From contig CP145418.1 of NCBI GenBank assembly GCA_036867785.1, forward strand, positions 496,001-560,000: a stretch of DNA of 64,000 nt, written 5' to 3'. Within the stretch, counting starts at the first letter, position 1. Each line of letters starts with the position of its first letter. The translations under genes were made by a program, and so were the position numbers. The notes beneath the pieces were generated by a model. That model was not told where the DNA came from, ran no database searches, and saw only the letters and a list, made by a program, of their open reading frames with translations. Below are positions 56,146-64,000 of the stretch, one piece after another. The stretch is from Plasmodiophora brassicae (taxonomy: Eukaryota).

Positions 56146-57666
56146 ATGCATTCCTGCTGGAGCTGGCCCTTCAGCATCGTCGTCATCGTCGCCGCCGCCG
56201 CCGCCGCCGCTGGTGTACTGGCATCCGATGATAGCGCGCGCGACGACACGATCGACTTGGACCTGCGCCGCGGGACACGTCGCCAATTGGTCGACGATTG
56301 GAGTCCCGTGTCCCATCGGCATGAGATTTGCGTCCAGAAATCTCCTCCCTTGGTGCTTTCCGTCCTGCTGTCGAAGCTGTCCAACGTGTCAGCAACGGAG
56401 GCGGATGGCTGTCACGTGCTGTGCACCCTGACCCTGAAGGGATACGGGCGCGCGCCGACCATCAAACTGAAGCTCGTGATCCGCGCAAGCGGCCCCATGG
56501 ACGCCCAGGTCAAGATACGCCGCCACATATTTGGGCTGACGTTCCGCCCTGGCACCGGGATGCTCAGCCAGGCGGGCAGCTGGGCAGTGGCATCCAGCAT
56601 AGAGTCCCTGATTCGCTTCGTCGCGCGCCGTGAACGCAATATGACGAACGCCCGCAGAGTACGGCTGGTCGGCAAGGGCTTCCCCGGTCGCGCTCGTGAT
56701 GTTGATCGGCGTACAGCAGCGCTGCCCGAAGTCGCACGTCGTGGGTTTTCTGGGGACGACCGCGGCGCCGCTGTTCATGCCCATGACTATCAGGGTCGGA
56801 CGCCCCTGCATCTGGCCGCCGATAACGGGCGAACACAGGTCGTTAAGCGCCTCCTCGCCCCAGGTGCAGAGAACAATGCCGTCGACAGACAGGCTCGTAC
56901 CGCTCGGCAACTGCCTGCCGAAAGCGGCCGCTACGACGTCGTTGACGTCCTGAATCAACACGGTGCTGCTGTCGACCATCGGCGATGCCGACCCCGCGCC
57001 AATGTTACGTTGGGTGAGACCGATTGTCCCCCGCGATGCAACGACACCCGACAACGTCAACGCCGTCTGCCTACTGCCGTTTCGGATGCCCCTGGGCGTG
57101 TACCTGAACGTGACTCACAGACATTCCGGGACCCTGACGCGTCGAACGGTCCAGAATCGTCCGCCTCGGACGAAGGGTACCCCGGCAATCGTCCTGATGA
57201 CATGGGATCCAAGGTGACCAAATGGCCGAGCTGGGCAACCATCTTGGTATCGTCAACCGTTCTCGCGGATCATGCATGGGCGCGGTACTGGCCATCGCCG
57301 CCCGTAACAGGACCGGCAATGCGGCGGGACCATGGCGCGCTCGTGACCGGGGCGTCCTTGGTAGCAGGTGCCGCTGTCGGTATCATTGCCAGGCGCGTCC
57401 ATCGCCGCCTAACGTCACCTGCCCGACAGCACCGTCCCCACCATCAGCAGCGCAGGACCATGGCCATGCCCGTCCCATGGGGCGCTATCGCGGTCGGACT
57501 CATTGCCCTGGCCGCCATCTGTATCCTGATCTACCGGTTCCGGCCCGATGACCGGGCCTGCTTCGGTTTGTGTATCCGCCTGAGGCACATCGGCATCGCC
57601 TGGTACCGGTTCCGGGTGATGATCGGGCGCCCGCCACGGTCGCGTGCCTGTCGGTTCCGCTCCTAG
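56146..57666 (+). CDS. Internally deleted paralog of the 51084 gene (signal peptide, residual ankyrin, TM tail)
   Basis: Signal-like MHSCWSWPFSIVVIVAAAAAAAG, DYQGRTPLHLAADNGR, and the identical tail IAWYRFRVMIGRPPRSRACR. It may be decaying. Confidence 0.7.
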   Translation: MHSCWSWPFSIVVIVAAAAAAAGVLASDDSARDDTIDLDLRRGTRRQLVDDWSPVSHRHEICVQKSPPLVLSVLLSKLSNVSATEADGCHVLCTLTLKGYGRAPTIKLKLVIRASGPMDAQVKIRRHIFGLTFRPGTGMLSQAGSWAVASSIESLIRFVARRERNMTNARRVRLVGKGFPGRARDVDRRTAALPEVARRGFSGDDRGAAVHAHDYQGRTPLHLAADNGRTQVVKRLLAPGAENNAVDRQARTARQLPAESGRYDVVDVLNQHGAAVDHRRCRPRANVTLGETDCPPRCNDTRQRQRRLPTAVSDAPGRVPERDSQTFRDPDASNGPESSASDEGYPGNRPDDMGSKVTKWPSWATILVSSTVLADHAWARYWPSPPVTGPAMRRDHGALVTGASLVAGAAVGIIARRVHRRLTSPARQHRPHHQQRRTMAMPVPWGAIAVGLIALAAICILIYRFRPDDRACFGLCIRLRHIGIAWYRFRVMIGRPPRSRACRFRS

Positions 57667-57978
57667 AATACCCATCATCATCGTCAAGGCGGTCCGGTCG
57701 GCTGATAAACGTAATGAAACCGGTTCGAACCGGATGGTGACGGGTAGCGACAGCAGGCCAGGGTCCGTTCCGGTGCGTTCCTGATTGGGGGTTTCTGTAT
57801 GGGGATGGTGCTGTCGGTCCCAGGAGGCGACGTGCAGCGACGTCTGGGCGCCCGACTGCACATCACAGGGATCCCACACTGCAGTCGTCATCGTCAACAG
57901 TCGTTCGTCGACCCCACGACATCGGCGACGGCGCCTCGTCCGACGCGGCATCCCTGCAGCAGATCCACGCGCCCGACG

Positions 57979-59654
57979 ATGGACCAGTACGGCGAGCAAG
58001 CGGCGCCCTACTTCACCTTGCCCGACATGCCGGCCATGTCGCAGTTCTCAGGCGAACACCACCCGACGCCGACGACCACTACGCCGTCGTACATGATGCC
58101 ACAGCTGATGGCGTCGTCGCAGGTGGCCGAGTCCTCCTGGGAGGAGTCGTTCATGGTTGAGTCGACGACGACGCTCCCGGCGGCGGCAACTTCCCCACGG
58201 CGACCCACTCTCCTCCAACTCGGCGTCTCCTACCCCAGGTCGACGCCGCTCGCCGACCTCGACGCATCGCTCTCCATTGTCGAACAGCCTCCGTCGTTCC
58301 CGCCTCAGTTCGGTGGTGGCCTCGGCCGCGCCTTCCCGCTGGTACCACTCCGTCTCGTAACCAACAGTCCATCACCCATTGCTGACGACGGTATCGTCAC
58401 AGTCAATGGGAACGTCGCCGCTCGACTACGGTCGCCCTGGATCGGACAGCCAGACGGTCCTGATCAAGCAGCACGAGATGGCGTTCCGGTCGAATCAGGA
58501 CGACGCCGGCTTCGGGTACGACGCCATCCTCAAGAAGCACATGTCATCGACGACGACGATGATGGGGAAGCGTCGCCTTGCCGGTGGCAAACCGCGCCCG
58601 CCTTCGTCGTCGTACGTCTTCTACATGAACGAGTGCCGCGCCAGAATGCTACGAACCCGACCCGATCTGGCGTTCGCCGACATCGCACGTATCATCGGCA
58701 ACGACTGGCAGAAGTTGTCGAACGACGACAGGCAGAAGGTATCCGGCAGATCATGCCCCGCAGGGCCCTGTGCCGTCGTCTGACAGCGCCTGTGGAAAAA
58801 GTACAACGATATGGCCGCTGAGGACAAGGTTCGGTACCAGCGAGAGACCGAAGGGTACCTGTCGGAGAACATGGGCCAGCAGCAGCAGCAGCAGCTGGCC
58901 GTTAAGCGCAGAAAGCGGGACCCGAACGCTCCGAAACACCCCATCTCAGCGTACCTGTTCTTCGTCGCCGAGAGCCGGGCTAAGCTCTGCAAAGACAACC
59001 CGGTGAGGAAGATGGCGCTAGCGAAGTCGCCGACCACTGACGGGACACATGCAGGCGATGGGATTCGGGGAGATGGCAAAGTACATTGGGAACAAGTGGA
59101 AGGAGATGGACGCGTCGGAGCGTGCCCGCTACGAGGAGATGAGCGAACGCGACAAGATGCGATACGAACGTGACCTGCGGTCGTACACCAAGTCGGATGA
59201 CGAGGATGCATCAGTGAACGCCAGCAACGTCCGCGTACAGCCTCAATCCGAGAACGGGAAACGGTTCGTCATCGCGACCGCTCGCCATTTCCGATCGTGT
59301 TCGACGTTGACGCATGGTGGTCACAGGAGGAAGCGAGCGGCGAATGCTCCAAAGCACCCGGTTTCGGCGTACCTGTTCTTTGTCGCAGAACAACGCAGGG
59401 CGCTGAGTACAGCAACTCCTGGTACGCTTGTGTAGAAGTGCACACGGCAGGTAGGCCTGACAGCATCTGGTTCAGGGAAATCGTTCAAGGAGCTGGCGAC
59501 TGAAATCGGCATGCGCTGGAAGAACTTGACCAAGACCGAGAGGGAACCGTACCTCAAGTGTGCACTCCTGGACAAAGAGCGATACGAACGGGAGAAGGAG
59601 GAGGTGGCGGCGGCCGCGGCCGCTGAAAAGGCGCTGTCCAGCTCAAAGCACTGA
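57979..59654 (+). CDS. HMG-box protein with three HMG boxes, multi-exon
   Basis: KPRPPSSSYVFYMNE..IGNDWQKL, DPNAPKHPISAYLFFV..IGNKWKEM and NAPKHPVSAYLFFV..IGMRWKNL. Confidence 0.92.
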
Positions 59655-59845
59655 CGATGGCATTATGCATCGACGAAAATACCATATCTTCACAACCAAT
59701 GTACTTGACGGTTATTCTACCCAGCTCGTGGACCGATTACGATTAAAAGTAGAAGTATCAATTGTTTCCTAAACGAAACGCCATCTGGGTTCGATGTACC
59801 GTAAAGTAACTCTGATGAAGTTTCATTTGGGGGCGGCGACGAGCG

Positions 59846-60538
59846 CTACTGGCTAATATCTGCAGTAGCTACTGAGTCAGGTCTTTCGGGCTCACAGTTT
59901 ACTTGTTGATGATCGGCTTTGCCTTCGTCACTGGAACCGCAGCTCTCTGCAGTACGAAGGGCCGTCAGCGCAGCATGGAGCTCATCCTTGATTTGTTGGA
60001 GGCGCTCCACCGACGTCGTATCCTCCTGGCCTCACCACGTCAGATGCATCCAATGTAAGAGGAGGCACAAACACACCTCTTGAAGTCTGGGTTGAAGGTT
60101 CCGAGCTACGTTCTCTACAATTGAAATGCGATGCTTCAGGACCGCGTTTTCCTTGTGTGTCATCTGGCACTGGCTCTGGAGACGGTCGTATCGCCTGCGC
60201 CTCATTGAGTACGTACTCAACGGGGCTCGGAAGCGCGTGCACAAGCAGACGTACCTGGCCCAGTTGCCGTTTTCAAGTTGCAGGCGCTGCTCGAGCTCCG
60301 TGAGAGATCGGCGTACCGGAACGACGCTAGCGCTCCCACCTGACAGCAGGACACGGCCGCTTGGCTGATGTTATTTCTCGCCGAAAGACAACGTACGAGC
60401 GGGCTGGACGACGGACGATGCGCGCCGGTTCTCTTTCCCTCGGCGTGGCGCCCGAACTGGTCCGACCTTGCCCTGGCCGCCCGCCACGTTCGTCTGGACG
60501 GGTCGCAACGCAGCGCGGACGAACGTCTCGCCTGACAT
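59846..60538 (-). CDS. Coiled-coil protein with N-terminal D-box and KEN box (geminin-like?)
   Basis: MSGETFVRAALRPVQTN (RxxLxxxxxN), GKEN, and spliced coiled coil NWARRYDRLQSQCQMTHKENAVLKHRISIVE. Confidence 0.55.
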
Positions 60539-60720
60539 CCTCCTGCCCCCACACACCCACTTGACGAATGACGACTTCTTGAGCGGACGCGACACCCCGC
60601 ACCAGTGAGAGCTGCACACTGGTGTAACGCGTATCACACTGCCGCGGACGGACACGTACAGCGCTCGTGCCCGTTTCGCTACAGGTGGTGGCCGAGTCCA
60701 GCGTGTATTTACGATGGCGA

Positions 60721-63073
60721 TTATTCGCGACGTCGCTTCTGCCGTTCACGTCGGGCGCGTTCGTCATCGTCGCTATCAGCACTGTCCGGCGACGGCGAGC
60801 GGGCGCGATGACGACGAGGCGGTGATGGGCTGCGTTCAGCCGAGCGCCGGCGATGTCGATCTGGAGCCGGCGATGGCGAGCGATGTCGTCGACGCGAGTC
60901 CTGCTGAACGGGTGAGCGGGAGCGCCGATGCCGAGCAGGAGATCTGCTGTCGAGACGGCGGCTGCGAACCGGAGAGTAACTGGGCGATCTAGAGCGGTGA
61001 CGACGACGTGGAGGAGTCGAACGTTTCCGTGCAGGGGACCTACTGTCGTGGCGGCGACGAGCAGGAGAGTGATCAGGTGTCCTGGATCGTTGACGACGAT
61101 GTGGAGATGGACTGGAATGCCGACGACGAGGGGGAGCCAATTCAGTAGCAGGCGGTCCCGGCGCATGAGCGGGGCGTGGCGGCGAACGCGATCGCTCACG
61201 AGCTTCGCTAAATCCGACGCGACCAGAATGTACCTTGGAATACCCATCGGACGGGCCGCTCCCACCAGACGCTTGCATGAACCCTTGCGACCCGATATGA
61301 GCAAGAGGCTTGCCACGTTTGGCATCGGTCAGGAACTTGTCCATGCCGAAGGGATCCTGTTCGGGTGCAGCTGTCGCCTGCGGCTGCACGATCCTGTCAT
61401 CGGCAACAGCCCCGTCCAGCAACGTGTCCATGGGTCCAGATTCAAACTGAACAGGTTTTGATCGTCCGCTTGCGCGCATTTCAACCGTCGTCTCAGCACC
61501 TCGGAACCCACGATCCGGTTGGAACTTGCCACTGGACGCAGCGGCAGCATCAAGCATAGCCTGCACGTTGGTTTCTTCATCGATGGACGCCGACGGCCGA
61601 TAAACGTGACTTGCGACATTGCCGCGGAACAGGTCCTTGTCGTAAGCGTTGTACGAGTCTTCAGCTCCGAAGCCAGACGACATGCCCTGACTCTGGTTGA
61701 ACAGCCTCTGATCGAACAGAGCGTCGCCGCCACCACCGCCAGCTCGCTTGCCAAGCGCGATCTGCTCAGAAACGTCACGGTTGGCATCGCGCTCCATCTT
61801 GGATTGCCTTGCGTTCTTGCCCATATGCGACATACGGAGGTCGCGTTGCAATTCGCGCCTGCGCTCATGGCGGATCTCCTCTCGCTCTTCAAGTGCCTCG
61901 ACCTCAGCTTCTTCAGCAACGTTCGCATCGTCATATGATTCAGCCAACGTGTGTCGCAGTGCCCCATCGATTCCGCCACGCTGCTCACGAGCTTCCGCAG
62001 CCAGTTCCCGAAGCTGCTGTTCTTTCATCTCACGCTTCTTCATCTCAATCCGACTCTGCATGTCCTGGCGTGCAGCGAGTTCAGAGCGAGCATTACGCTC
62101 AGCCAGGTAGAGGGTCTCCGAGAACGCGGCGAAGTTGTCATTGATCTGAACTTCCTGCAACCCGCGCCCGTCCGCTGCCAACCGTTTGTCAGCGGCGATC
62201 GTGTACCCCTTGGTATTCTTCCAGTTCGATACGCAAGGTGGAATACGCCACATGCGCTGATCCTCCACCGTGACCTTCCGCTGCGGAGAATGCATGATGG
62301 GGACCGGAGGCGACGGGGGCGCAGCTGGTGCCTTCATATGCTTGAACTTGGCCGGTTCAATAGGATCAACCGGCAATTCCTGCATGCGAATGATGCGCGT
62401 CTCTCCGTCTTTCGCGCCAGTGTATCTGACGTAGGTTGGCCCGTTGCCCACAGCTTTCTCCACCTGTCAACGCATCAGTGTACCTGAACGTGGCAGCGCT
62501 CCCTTCGTTTCCTACCGGGCCAGAGCGCGGCTGGGCCGCTGAAATCCGTGTCTCAATAAGCTTCTCGAGTGCTTGGCGTGTTTTATCCTGCACGCCAACC
62601 TGTCAGAAGCCGGTCAACTCCAGATACATCCACCCATTGCATACCGTAACGGCTTGTTCTGTTTCTGCATCAGGCCGGGCCAATTCCTCAGCAGACGGAT
62701 CTTTCGGCCTCAGATCGTCCAAGCTCTTCTGAACGAGCTGATCTTTACGAATGCGTTGGGTAACGACACCCGTGTAGTCCACATCTCCATCGGCACTGAC
62801 AGATATCGTTGCCAGTGCCGTCGACATGCCCGAATTGTCACGCCTCCCCATGCCTAGCGGGAACTGGAGGCGGTGGATCTCCGGGAACGCTCCTCCATCG
62901 TCGAAGTCGGCATCCGTACGAGGGATGTAACCGGCCCGGTTGCCGTATGGAGGGATTGCCTTCTTCCCTGCTACCTGAAGTGAACGAACAGAACCACCAG
63001 GTGCTCCCGCTGATTTCTGGTCCGGCGGCGCCAGCCGGTTCTTCGGTGCTGGAAGAAGATCAGCCAACGACAT
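60721..63073 (-). CDS. SNW1: SNW/SKIP (Prp45) splicing factor with RS-rich tail
   Basis: DFDDGGAFPEIH, DPIEPAKFKH, SPPVPIMHSP, WRIPPCVSNWKNTKGYTI, RDVSEQIALG and FDQRLFNQ. Confidence 0.96.
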
Positions 63074-63255
63074 TACTCCAATGAGCAATGACGACCGCTC
63101 TCGAAAAGTCCGCGGCGACGTGCAGCGCGCGCGCCGCCAGTAGCTGGCCGCTTGCCATCCATTACGAGTCGGCTATTGTTCATTACTAGTTACTACTCTT
63201 CAACAAAAACATATCCTGGCAAACTGGTTGTACAATAAGAATGTGTCACTACCGG

Positions 63256-64000
<745 letters not shown>

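Noticed and set aside
57979-59654. HMG-box gene as a mating-type locus
   Set aside because: The three boxes are of the non-sequence-specific HMGB/NHP6 type (PKHPxSAYxFF), not MATA_HMG/SOX.
59810-59880. TGATGA..CTGA pair suggesting a C/D snoRNA
   Set aside because: There is no terminal stem or recognisable guide, and it overlaps the 3' end of a coding gene.
60327-62487. Long overlapping alternative ORFs across SNW1, and similar ones across the PPR, TMEM260 and ankyrin genes
   Set aside because: Expected stop-poor shadow frames in GC-rich coding DNA, with no recognisable motifs.

Overview
Compact, GC-rich eukaryotic chromosome segment. Genes are densely packed and carry many short GT-AG introns (about 45-70 nt, with CTGAC/CTAAC branch points). 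Gene content and style suggest a plasmodiophorid protist such as Plasmodiophora brassicae; this is an inference, not confirmed. I can support about 33 protein genes. Housekeeping calls include a GH16 glucanase, pyridoxal kinase, PEX2, a PAP2 phosphatase, a SWIM-RING protein, an HtrA protease, TMEM260, TTC38, FPGS/DHFS, CMC2, a MED1-like protein, a dual-specificity phosphatase, PIG-P, an RluA pseudouridine synthase, MSH5, a three-HMG-box protein, SNW1 and UMP-CMP kinase. Decayed transposon relics include a Harbinger Myb-like gene with an internal inversion, a Helitron-like 3' end, and piggyBac-like and mariner-like fragments. Most interesting: (1) four secreted His/Asp-rich proteins in two unnamed paralogous families, arranged as large+small pairs with AP-1/CRE-type motifs upstream; (2) an intronless PPR protein whose DYW deaminase domain lacks the catalytic Glu; (3) a three-copy array of signal peptide/helical repeat/RAP-like/ankyrin/TM proteins at different stages of decay; (4) a secreted SKP1/BTB-like protein; (5) a TM-SH3 protein with an inactive clostripain-like domain; (6) two paralogous basic-region+SAM proteins; (7) a D-box/KEN-box coiled-coil protein resembling geminin. 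Exon boundaries were read by eye and are approximate.
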